Below, in pieces: positions 42,145-50,466 of a DNA stretch of 64,000 nt (its first letter is position 1; the number at the start of each line of letters is the position of its first letter). The position numbers and the translations under genes were made by a program. Under the pieces are notes generated by a model. The model saw only the letters and a list, made by a program, of their open reading frames with translations. It was not told the DNA's origin and ran no database searches. This DNA is from Vulcanimicrobiota bacterium. Lineage in GTDB: Bacteria; Vulcanimicrobiota; Vulcanimicrobiia; Vulcanimicrobiales; Vulcanimicrobiaceae. Location of the stretch: contig CAWAXX010000012.1 of assembly GCA_963786105.1 (NCBI GenBank), positions 64,001 through 128,000 of the forward strand. The letters are read 5' to 3'.

Positions 42145-43365
42145 ATCTCTACGACTGAAATTGCTCCGGTAGCTCCCGAAGAAGACCAACTCGCGCTCGA
42201 ACAGCAGCTCTACGAAGAGTCGCTTAAAGTCCTGGACGAGGGTCAAGTCCTCACCGGCACGATCGTCCAAAAAGATAAGGACGAACTGTTGGTCGACGTC
42301 GGCGGAAAATCCGAAGGCGTACTTCCGTTTCGCGAGCTCTCGCTCGCCATCGATCCAAAACTGCTCAAGGTGAACGATACCCTCGAGGTCATGATCCATC
42401 GCATCGATGACATGGACGGGACGCTCTTCTTGTCGGAACGTCGCGCGCGAGCGCTCAAGACGTGGGAGAAAGTGATCGAAGCGCACGAGCACGACGAAGT
42501 CATCGAAGCCACCGTCACGCAGGTCGTCAAAGGCGGCGTCCTGGTCGACCTAGGGATGCGCGGCTTCGTGCCGGCATCGCAGATTCGTCGCCAACCGGTC
42601 GGCAATCTCGACGAACTCGTCGGACAACGGCTGCGTCTCAAAGTAATCGATCTCGACCACAAGCGGCATCGCGTCGTTCTGTCGCAGCGCCTGGTGCTTG
42701 AGGAAGAGCTGCAGGCCAAGAAGCAGGAGCTGCTCGACACGCTCGAGGTCGGTCAAATCCGCGAAGGCGTGGTCGTACGCTTGGCCGATTTCGGCGCGTT
42801 CGTGGACCTGGGCGGAATCGACGGTTTGATACACAACAGCGAACTCTCGTACGCTCGCATCAAGCACCCGTCGGAAGTCGTGAAAATCGGGGACGTCGTG
42901 CACGTCGAGATCATGAAGTTCGATGCCGAAGCGAAGAAGGTCAGCCTCTCGCTCAAACACGCGTTGCCCGATCCGTGGGACGAGCACGCCGACAAGCTCT
43001 ACGAGACCAACAAGCTCACGGCCCAGGTCGTGAAGGTGACGCCGAACTATCTGCTGGTCGAAGTCATCCCGGGCATTCTGGCGATGGTTCCGAAGGGTGA
43101 GTTTGACGCGGCGGCACAGTACAACCCGGGTCAGGACGTCGAGGTGACGCTGCTGACGATCAATCACACGACGCGACGCATTACGGCGTCGATCCAGCAC
43201 GTCGCCGACATTCCTCCCGAAGAGATCGAGCAGCTCGTGGTTCCGGAGATCGACGTTATCGCGCCGCCGGAAGCGAGCGACATTGCAACCGACGAGCCGG
43301 CAAGTCCGGAAGTTGCGCAAGCGTCGGCGACGGATCCTTCGATAGAACCGCCCGTCGCGGAATAG
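42145..43365 (+). CDS. rpsA: 30S ribosomal protein S1 (short form), apparent non-canonical ATC start
   Basis: Frame is open from 42130; [10 protein letters not shown]...[41 protein letters not shown]1 domains; located before coaE. Confidence 0.88.
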   Translation: MSTTEIAPVAPEEDQLALEQQLYEESLKVLDEGQVLTGTIVQKDKDELLVDVGGKSEGVLPFRELSLAIDPKLLKVNDTLEVMIHRIDDMDGTLFLSERRARALKTWEKVIEAHEHDEVIEATVTQVVKGGVLVDLGMRGFVPASQIRRQPVGNLDELVGQRLRLKVIDLDHKRHRVVLSQRLVLEEELQAKKQELLDTLEVGQIREGVVVRLADFGAFVDLGGIDGLIHNSELSYARIKHPSEVVKIGDVVHVEIMKFDAEAKKVSLSLKHALPDPWDEHADKLYETNKLTAQVVKVTPNYLLVEVIPGILAMVPKGEFDAAAQYNPGQDVEVTLLTINHTTRRITASIQHVADIPPEEIEQLVVPEIDVIAPPEASDIATDEPASPEVAQASATDPSIEPPVAE

Positions 43366-43391
43366 CGGTCGGATAGGCGGCGACGCGGCCC

Positions 43392-43985
43392 ATGCGCGTG
43401 GGCTTGACGGGCGGGATCGGATCGGGGAAGACCGCCGTCGCAAAACTCTTCGAAGAGTTCGGCGCATTCGTCATCGACACCGACGTTCTCGCACGTGAAG
43501 CCGTCGCTCCCAATAGCGACGGCTTTCTTGCAATCAAGCGAACCTGGCCCGAGGTCGTGCGTCACGGCGTACTCGACCGTGCCGCGTTGGCCGAGATCGT
43601 CTTCAACGACCCGGCGGCGCGCGAGCGCCTCAACGGGATCCTTCATCCCCACGTTCGTCGCATGGCTCTCGAGCGAGAGGCGCGTGCCCGGCCCGGGCAG
43701 CTCGTGGTTCACGTCGTGCCGCTCCTCTTCGAAACCAACTACGACGCGCTCGTGGACAAGACCGTACTGGTCGCGGCCCCGCCGGCAGTGCGCCTCGCCC
43801 GCATCGCGGGGCGCGATCGTCTCGACGAGGCCAGGATCCGGGCGCGGATGGCGGCGCAAATTCAGCCCGACGAGGCCCGGGCTCGTTCGGACTACGTCAT
43901 CGAGAACGACCGCGACCTGGCCGGCCTGCGCGAGCGCGCGAGAGAGACCTACGAGCGGCTCACCGGCCAGCCTGCCGGTTCCTGA
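43392..43985 (+). CDS. coaE: Dephospho-CoA kinase
   Basis: VGLTGGIGSGKT, LDRAALAEIVF, ILHPHV, VPLLFE. Confidence 0.95.
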   Translation: MRVGLTGGIGSGKTAVAKLFEEFGAFVIDTDVLAREAVAPNSDGFLAIKRTWPEVVRHGVLDRAALAEIVFNDPAARERLNGILHPHVRRMALEREARARPGQLVVHVVPLLFETNYDALVDKTVLVAAPPAVRLARIAGRDRLDEARIRARMAAQIQPDEARARSDYVIENDRDLAGLRERARETYERLTGQPAGS

Positions 43986-43996
43986 GAGATTCCTAA

Positions 43997-44021
43997 GTTT
44001 ACCGAGCGCTCGGAAGGGAAA
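43997..44021 (+). promoter_or_regulatory. SigB-type general stress promoter
   Basis: GTTTAC-N13-GGGAAA, 48 nt upstream of the first KGG gene. Confidence 0.55.
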
Positions 44022-44069
44022 GAGTAGCTTTGTATTCACCACTCCCCCCATCCGAATGAGGTCTTAACC

Positions 44070-44288
44070 ATGGCCACGCAAGAATCCGGACAATCCGGCG
44101 GCATGAGCGTTCGCGAAGCAGGTCGCCGAGGCGGCGAACGGGTCAAAGCAAAATACGGCTCGGAGTTCTACGAAGAAATCGGGCGCAAAGGCGGCGAAGC
44201 CACCAAAACCAAGTACGGCCCTTCGTTCTACGAAGTAATCGGGCAAAAGGGCGGGCAGCGCCCCAAGCGCAAGACGGTTTCAGCCTAG
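44070..44288 (+). CDS. KGG-repeat general stress protein (GsiB/Em-like)
   Basis: MSVREAGRRGG and FYEEIGRKGG with 20-aa periodicity; SD GAGG. Confidence 0.88.
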   Translation: MATQESGQSGGMSVREAGRRGGERVKAKYGSEFYEEIGRKGGEATKTKYGPSFYEVIGQKGGQRPKRKTVSA

Positions 44289-44370
44289 ATACTTGGGAAG
44301 CACCCAAACGTCGAGACCCTAGGCACCTCTACGTAAGCACCTCCGCAATCCAAATGGCTCGTAAGGACCG

Positions 44371-44682
44371 ATGGCTGAAAAGACGAACGAGGGCGCCGAG
44401 GGGCGCGAGATGTCAGTACGTGAAGCGGGAAAAAAGGGCGGCGACACCGTGCGCGACCGCTACGGTTCGACGTTTTACGAAGACATAGGCCGCAAAGGGG
44501 GCAAGGCGACGCGCGACCGGCACGGCGTCGAGTTTTACGAATCGATCGGCCAAAAAGGCGGCAAGGTCGTCAAGGAAAAGTACGGCTCGGATTTCTACGA
44601 AGAAATCGGCCACAAGGGCGGCCAGAAAGTCAAGAAACTCATCGCGGAAGCTAAGAAAAAACTCCGCGAAGAAAAACCCTAA
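44371..44682 (+). CDS. KGG-repeat general stress protein (GsiB/Em-like), second paralogue
   Basis: MSVREAGKKGG followed by three FYExIGxKGG repeats; SD AAGGA. Confidence 0.88.
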   Translation: MAEKTNEGAEGREMSVREAGKKGGDTVRDRYGSTFYEDIGRKGGKATRDRHGVEFYESIGQKGGKVVKEKYGSDFYEEIGHKGGQKVKKLIAEAKKKLREEKP

Positions 44683-44783
44683 GCAAGCCCCGATTTGTCC
44701 ATATCGTCTTCGCCTCAGGCCTCATTTACCATAGTAAACTTCGGCCCTCGGCTCCTCGATCTGGAACAAATCCGAGCTTGCTT
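44681..44783 (-). ncRNA. Candidate structured RNA (long rod with purine-rich internal loops), also terminator-like
   Basis: Nested pairing AAGCAAGCTC/GGGCTTGCTT, GATTTGT/ACAAATC, CCA/TGG, ATCG/CGAT, GCC/GGC, GGCC/GGCC, TTTAC/GTAAA on the minus strand. Confidence 0.4.
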
Positions 44784-44790
44784 TTGGCAG

Positions 44791-45348
44791 CTATTTGTGG
44801 ATGTCGACTTGGCCGTTCATTTTGCCCAGGTGGATCGTGTTCGCGTCGAAGTCGACGGTAATTCCGTCGATGCGTAACGTCTGACCGTTGGTGTGGATAT
44901 AGGCGGGGTGGTCCATGTGTAGCAGCTTCGCATTGTTGGTCCAGGTGACGAGATCGGTATCGAAGGCGCGTTTCTGGGCGTCGTTGATGCGCTCGACGTG
45001 CACTTTTCCGATGGCGGTGAAGTCCAGCGATTGGATGTCGACTTGAATGTGTTGCGCGGAGATCCTTAAATAGGGTTTTCCTTTGCGGAAGACGATGCCG
45101 TTGCGGACGCCGTCGACGCTGCCCGACATTCCGTCCGGCGACAGATGGGCGGAATCGTAGTCGAAGCTCCAGGACTTCGTCGTAATGCGATTGTTGAGCA
45201 CGTGGCCGCCGTGCAGATTCATCGAGACCGACGAAGGCGGAATAGGCGGCGTGCCGTAGCCTGCCAAAATTACCTCGACGATCACGTACACGCCGAAAAG
45301 GACCGCGGCCACCGTCGCGACGCGTTTCCAAGCGATTCGCTTAAGCAA
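44791..45348 (-). CDS. LptC-like beta-jellyroll protein
   Basis: Single N-terminal TM helix then beta-rich domain (FTAIGKVHV, FDTDLVTWTNNAKLL); overlaps the lnt stop; near lptD/lptFG. Confidence 0.55.
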   Translation of the reverse strand: MLKRIAWKRVATVAAVLFGVYVIVEVILAGYGTPPIPPSSVSMNLHGGHVLNNRITTKSWSFDYDSAHLSPDGMSGSVDGVRNGIVFRKGKPYLRISAQHIQVDIQSLDFTAIGKVHVERINDAQKRAFDTDLVTWTNNAKLLHMDHPAYIHTNGQTLRIDGITVDFDANTIHLGKMNGQVDIHK

Positions 45349-46825
45349 CGCGGTCGCCGCCCTTGCGCGGAACGAACAGCAGCGTAACGTACAACCACAG
45401 CAGCGCGAGCGCGATGGCCGTCGGGCCAACGCGCGAGAAAATCGTCGGTACGCGCGGCCCTACTTTACCGGGCACGATCGCTTGTTCTTCCATGTGGCTG
45501 CGCGCTTGCCACCTGCCGTCGGGCGCAATCACCCCGCTGATCCCGGTTGCCGCCGCACGCACGACGTAGGCGCCGCTTTCCACCGCCCGGAGCTGCGCGA
45601 TCTGCGCGTGCATGTAAGGACCCGACGTCGTACCAAACCACGCGTCGTCGGTACTGATTACTAAGAGTTGCGCGCCGCGCCGGACCTGCGCGAAGGCGAG
45701 GTCGGCGAACGCCGACTCCCAACAAATCAGCGGCGCGACGCTCAACGCGGCGGTCGGGTATACGCCGTCGACCTTCCCGGTCGAAAATCGGCCGCTCAGT
45801 TCGCCGACGTAGGGCAGCCACGAAAGGAACGCGCGGCCGGGAAACGATTCGGCGAACGGCACCAGCTGACGCTTGCCATACGTCTGGTACGTGCCGTCCG
45901 GCGCAAAGATGTACAGCGCGTTATACATGTGCCGTCGCCGCAAGCTCAAGCTGCCGGCGACGATGGTCGCGCGGGTCTGCACGGCGAGGTCTTGGAATTG
46001 GCGCATTAACTGCGGATCGAGATCGAGCGTCGTGGTAATGACGGTCTCGGGCCATACGATGAGCTTCGGTTTGCGCGGGGCTGCCGCTTGCGTCATCGTG
46101 GTGTAGCGCCACACCGCCAGGTCCAGGGCATTCCACTTTAGCGATTGCGCGATATTGCCCTGAATCGCCGCGACCTCTATCGACGGCGGCGGGAGCCGGC
46201 GCGCCGGCCAGGCCAGCCATGCGATCGACGCGAGCAACGCAACGATCGCAGCCGCTGCGGCAAGCGGTCGCGGGTTGCGGCGACGGATCGCGTCGGCCAA
46301 ATACGCACCGACGACGCACAGGACGAACGTAATCCCGTACGAGCCCGCGTAGGCCGCAATCGCCCGCAGCGGTGTGTCGGCTTGCGTGTATCCGAGTTGG
46401 TCGAACGGCGCACCGAGCAGGCCGATCGATCGCAGCCACTCGGCAATGGTGAACGCCGCCGCGGCTCCCAACGGTGCGAGATCCGGTCGCATGCGTCGAT
46501 ATGCAATTGCGGCAAGCACGCCGGCGAGCGCAAAGAACGGCGCTTCGATGAGCGCCGGTCCGAACATCAGGAACGGACCGAAAATCCCGATATAGCCGCC
46601 GACCGTATGCCCGATCCACGAAAAGCCGATCGCAAAGAAAACGATTCCCGCGAACCAACCGAGCAAAGCAGCCCATTTCAACGAGGCGCCTTGCCAAATC
46701 CAAAACAATCCCGCCATTGCGAAGGGAACCAGCCACGCAGCGCCGAGTTTAGGGAAGGCCGCCGCGAGTGCGACTGCTGCGCAGGCGGCGACGCCGGCAT
46801 CGCGCAGGCGCGACGAGGTAAGCAT
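45341..46825 (-). CDS. lnt: Apolipoprotein N-acyltransferase
   Basis: IQGNI, IVWPETV, YGKRQLVPFAE, PLICWES (Glu-Lys-Cys triad), DAWFG, RAAATGISG. Confidence 0.93.
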   Translation of the reverse strand: MLTSSRLRDAGVAACAAVALAAAFPKLGAAWLVPFAMAGLFWIWQGASLKWAALLGWFAGIVFFAIGFSWIGHTVGGYIGIFGPFLMFGPALIEAPFFALAGVLAAIAYRRMRPDLAPLGAAAAFTIAEWLRSIGLLGAPFDQLGYTQADTPLRAIAAYAGSYGITFVLCVVGAYLADAIRRRNPRPLAAAAAIVALLASIAWLAWPARRLPPPSIEVAAIQGNIAQSLKWNALDLAVWRYTTMTQAAAPRKPKLIVWPETVITTTLDLDPQLMRQFQDLAVQTRATIVAGSLSLRRRHMYNALYIFAPDGTYQTYGKRQLVPFAESFPGRAFLSWLPYVGELSGRFSTGKVDGVYPTAALSVAPLICWESAFADLAFAQVRRGAQLLVISTDDAWFGTTSGPYMHAQIAQLRAVESGAYVVRAAATGISGVIAPDGRWQARSHMEEQAIVPGKVGPRVPTIFSRVGPTAIALALLWLYVTLLFVPRKGGDRVA

Positions 46826-47564
46826 GATTCGTAAATTAAGTTTTGGTTTAGTGCTCGTAACGGCGTTCATCATTGCGGCCTGCGGCAAGCAAGTCACGCC
46901 AAACCCACCCGGCTTGGGTGCGGGCGGCGCGCTTCCCGGCTACATGAGCGTGAAGTTTGACATCGCCGGCCAATTCAACTTTTCGAGCTATCAGTATTGG
47001 ATGGTTTTCAACACGAGCGGCAACGGCTTGACCCCGTTGACGAATCCTCAGCAAACCAACTGGGCAGCCTACTCGTCGTCGCTGTTCGTCGGCGGCAACG
47101 GCGGCGCCACGTATGCCAGTGCGATCCAGTTCGTCAAGAACTCGAACCCGGCCATCCCGCCGGCCTTTGTCCGGTTGATCACGACGCCGCAGCAATTCCA
47201 GTACATTCCCAACAGCAACGGAACCGGTTCGGAGTACCAGATGACGTTCCAACGAACGATCTTCACCCCGATCAACGCAACCGCGACGCCGAGTCCTCCC
47301 CCGGTCTCTCACATCTGGCAGTTCAACGCATTTACGACGCAGGCTACGGTTCAGAATCAGCTGATCTTTCTGGATTCCATGGGACAGGGCGGCGCTACGG
47401 ATACGTCGTTCTCGTCGCCGCAGCTCGACATCAATACCTGCTTCGACCAAACGTTCTACAAGCAGCAAGACATCAATCCGCCCAGCGATCCGGCGGCCCA
47501 AATCGTCAGCGTCGAGATCGCGAACAATCCTAGCCCCGGCCCGCACTCGAGCCCTTGTCCCTAA
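46824..47564 (+). CDS. Hypothetical beta-rich lipoprotein
   Basis: MIRK, hydrophobic stretch, IAAC lipobox; Asn/Gln/Thr/aromatic-rich body. Confidence 0.75.
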   Translation: MIRKLSFGLVLVTAFIIAACGKQVTPNPPGLGAGGALPGYMSVKFDIAGQFNFSSYQYWMVFNTSGNGLTPLTNPQQTNWAAYSSSLFVGGNGGATYASAIQFVKNSNPAIPPAFVRLITTPQQFQYIPNSNGTGSEYQMTFQRTIFTPINATATPSPPPVSHIWQFNAFTTQATVQNQLIFLDSMGQGGATDTSFSSPQLDINTCFDQTFYKQQDINPPSDPAAQIVSVEIANNPSPGPHSSPCP

Positions 47565-47579
47565 GCGAGGCGTCCGGTT

Positions 47580-47747
47580 ATGCACGATCGCGGAATCGAA
47601 TGTTCGCACGAACCATGCAGCTGCCTGGTGATCGCTCTCGTCGGTTCGGGCGAAGCCTACTGCAGCGACTTCTGCAGTTCGGCCGAAGAGCGTAGTCTCG
47701 AGTCCGAAAGCTGCGCTTGCGGCCACCCGCAATGCGACGCGATTTAG
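47580..47747 (+). CDS. Metallothionein-like small protein (55 aa, absent from the ORF track)
   Basis: MHDRGIECSHEPCSCLVIALVGSGEAYCSDFCSSAEERSLESESCACGHPQCDAI; 8 Cys, 3 His; SD GAGG upstream. Confidence 0.75.
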   Translation: MHDRGIECSHEPCSCLVIALVGSGEAYCSDFCSSAEERSLESESCACGHPQCDAI

Positions 47748-47928
47748 TGCTTCCCAATCGACGCAGTCCCGATGAGTTAACGCTAACGCGACAACGTTTT
47801 TTTGGGGCGCCCCAGGGGAATCGTTCAAAGCCAAGACGTTTAAGCGCCCCATGGTTTGGGGGCCCCACGAAGTGGGGGGCGCGGAGGCTGGGCCGGAGCG
47901 CCTTTCAAATCTCGAACGTTGTCTCAAG

Positions 47929-50460
47929 CTAGAAGTTAAAGGTCGATGGGATGATCGAGCCGGGTTGGCCGATGGCGAACGTCGCGGTTTGGTTCGGAAA
48001 GGCTAGTAAACTCAAGCCCACGTTGACCGATTGAGACGCCTCGCTGTAGAGCACTTGCACTTGATAGCAATTCCCGATGGTGCGCGTGTAGTAGATGACC
48101 TTGTTGGAGAAGAGTTCGGGCCCCTTCCATTGCAAGTCGGTAACGAACTGGAGCGACGCGTCGCGCCCGAACGGCGTCGAGAGCTGCAGATTGGTCGTTT
48201 CAAACCCGAGCCCGGGGCCCGGTGAGAAAGAACCGCTTAAGAGCACGACCGACCGCGCCGACGGTCGCGCGGTGATCTGATAACTGACCGGTTGCGCCAT
48301 ACCATCGAAGTTCGTCGAAAAGCCTAACGCCACGGTGTACGTGTCGTCGTTGAAAAACCGAATGAGATCCTGAGCGTTCTTGAGATTTTCGGTCGGCTGT
48401 TGGTCGAGATACTGAAATGGAACGAGCGCCGGCCCGTTATAGTTCGCCTCATTGTACGTTAGGGAGTTTACGATGTGTTTGCCGATCGGCGTCGTGAGAC
48501 TCGCCGATTGTTCGACCGTGCCTTTGAAGTCGCCGGTTCCGTACGCATACTGATCGACGTTAACGGTCGCCTCGAAATCGCTGCCCCAAATCTTGGCCAG
48601 CGCCGGCCCGAACACGATGCCCGCGTCGCCGCGCCACGTCGCGAGGCTGGTACTGCCCGGAAAGGCTGCTGGGGGCTCGCTGTATTCGCCGATGGTGAGC
48701 TGCGCCGACATCGGGATGAAGAAATGCGGAAAAAACTCGTACGGGCGAACTTGAAACTCGGGAATTTTGTCGATTCCAAATCCTTGCTGGGCGTACGTTT
48801 TGTCGTATTCCAACTGATAGTCCGCGCCGGCAGTAGTGTAATGCATCAAGTAATCGAACTCGCTACTCGCGTCGTACGACGACGTCCCGAAATTCGACGA
48901 ACTGTTGGAAATGTTCAAACTGACGGCCTGGTCGAGATTTGGGTTAAATTGCCGGGTGTCGGTAAACGAAAAACTGTTGCTGCTCGATTGCGTACCGACG
49001 GAACTATGCGAGTACGAATAGTTCTGCGACGTGTTTTGCGTTTGATGGACTATGGCGCCGCTCAAGGTTTCGTTGGGCGGAATGTTCGTGAGCGCGCCGT
49101 AGTTCGACTGGTAGCCGAACTGAAAATTTCCACGTAAATGCTGGGAAAAATTCTCTTGCTCCTGGGCTGCAACGTTGTACGTTCGAGAGCCCTGCAATTT
49201 ATCGTTCATGGCGTAAAAATTGATGCTGACCGTGCGGCGCCCTCGCTTGCTGGAATAGAAGCCGACGTAGCCGATGCCGAGACCGGCCTTGGTAAAGTAG
49301 TTGACGATGTAGTAGCCGTAATAGTATTGGTCTTTCCCAAAGGGCACGTGGAACTTTATCCAGGCTCCCTCGTACGAGTCGTAGCCGACCTCCGGGAAGA
49401 ACTGCGGTCGCGCGCGCTGATCCTCGACCGTGCGCAGCGGAATGACGAGTTTCGGAAGATAGAAGATCGCGGCCGCTCCAAGCCACAGCACCGCTTTGTT
49501 TATCACGATCTTGTCGCCGGGGACGACGTCGATGCTCTTGCCGGTGACGTGATAGCCGGCTCGCGGATTCTCGCACGTCGTAACGAACGGATTGATGCCG
49601 TGGGCGGTGCCGTCCTGGTCGGTGTGCAGATCGTCGGCCTTGAAATGCACGAATCCCCGCTCGACGCCCTGCGCGCTCTCGCCATTGCCTTTTACGAGTT
49701 TGGCCGTTTCGGACACCGTGTCGAAGGTGATGACGTCGGCCGTGAGCACGGAGTCGTGCGTGTGATTGATCAAGAACGGGTGGCCGGTAATCGTGACCGT
49801 CCTCTCGCCGTCGAAATGCGCTTTGTCGCCGACGATTTCTTCATCGCGATAGTAGATGTGAACGTTGCCGATGGCGTCTCCCGGTTCGCCTTTTTTCGTG
49901 CCGCCGTTGACCGTGTCGGCAATGACGGCAACGTATCCGGGCGTGAGGGTCGGCGCGCCGGTAGGCGTCGGCGTCGGCTCGGGAGTTGAAACTCCCGCCG
50001 GGGTCATCGGTGGCGGCGTCTCGCCGCCTCGAATGAGAAACACGGGCTCGCCCGACGCAACCGGGCTGGTGGTCGGGGTCGGAACCGGCGGGGGGCTCAC
50101 TTCGGCCGTCGACCCTGGTTGCGGCCGGGGCGTTTGCAAGAGCTGAAAGGTGCCGTTGCCGGCCCCCGGTTGAGAGCCCGGCAAACCTGGGGTCGTCACC
50201 GGTCCGGGCGACGCGCTCGGAGACGCGCCGCTCTGCGGCGAGGCGGACGGCTGCGGCGTCGTCTGTGCGACGGCCTCCTCGAGAAAGCTCGTATCGACGT
50301 GCCGGCCGCACGTCTGTTTGGCGACGAGCATCAACGCGAGCGCCTGGTCGTTGTCGTCGGCGTTGAGCGAGCTCGCCCAGGTCGGAACGGCACCGGCGGC
50401 GAGCACTCCAAAGCACGCGATCGCAGCGAGGCTGCGTATATTCAATTTGCCGAACGGCAA
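47929..50460 (-). CDS. LptD-like outer membrane protein
   Basis: Signal peptide, Pro/Thr linker, OstA-like region (AIGNVHI, FVTTCENP..YHV, IFYLPKL, FPEVGYDS..G), beta-barrel-like C-terminus ending in F. Confidence 0.75.
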   Translation of the reverse strand: MPFGKLNIRSLAAIACFGVLAAGAVPTWASSLNADDNDQALALMLVAKQTCGRHVDTSFLEEAVAQTTPQPSASPQSGASPSASPGPVTTPGLPGSQPGAGNGTFQLLQTPRPQPGSTAEVSPPPVPTPTTSPVASGEPVFLIRGGETPPPMTPAGVSTPEPTPTPTGAPTLTPGYVAVIADTVNGGTKKGEPGDAIGNVHIYYRDEEIVGDKAHFDGERTVTITGHPFLINHTHDSVLTADVITFDTVSETAKLVKGNGESAQGVERGFVHFKADDLHTDQDGTAHGINPFVTTCENPRAGYHVTGKSIDVVPGDKIVINKAVLWLGAAAIFYLPKLVIPLRTVEDQRARPQFFPEVGYDSYEGAWIKFHVPFGKDQYYYGYYIVNYFTKAGLGIGYVGFYSSKRGRRTVSINFYAMNDKLQGSRTYNVAAQEQENFSQHLRGNFQFGYQSNYGALTNIPPNETLSGAIVHQTQNTSQNYSYSHSSVGTQSSSNSFSFTDTRQFNPNLDQAVSLNISNSSSNFGTSSYDASSEFDYLMHYTTAGADYQLEYDKTYAQQGFGIDKIPEFQVRPYEFFPHFFIPMSAQLTIGEYSEPPAAFPGSTSLATWRGDAGIVFGPALAKIWGSDFEATVNVDQYAYGTGDFKGTVEQSASLTTPIGKHIVNSLTYNEANYNGPALVPFQYLDQQPTENLKNAQDLIRFFNDDTYTVALGFSTNFDGMAQPVSYQITARPSARSVVLLSGSFSPGPGLGFETTNLQLSTPFGRDASLQFVTDLQWKGPELFSNKVIYYTRTIGNCYQVQVLYSEASQSVNVGLSLLAFPNQTATFAIGQPGSIIPSTFNF

Positions 50461-50466
50461 TCTAAG

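Noticed and set aside
44070..44682. Periodic DNA repeats (TTCTACGAAGAAATCGG...AAAGGCGG) as a non-coding array
   Set aside because: They are the coding 20-aa KGG repeats.
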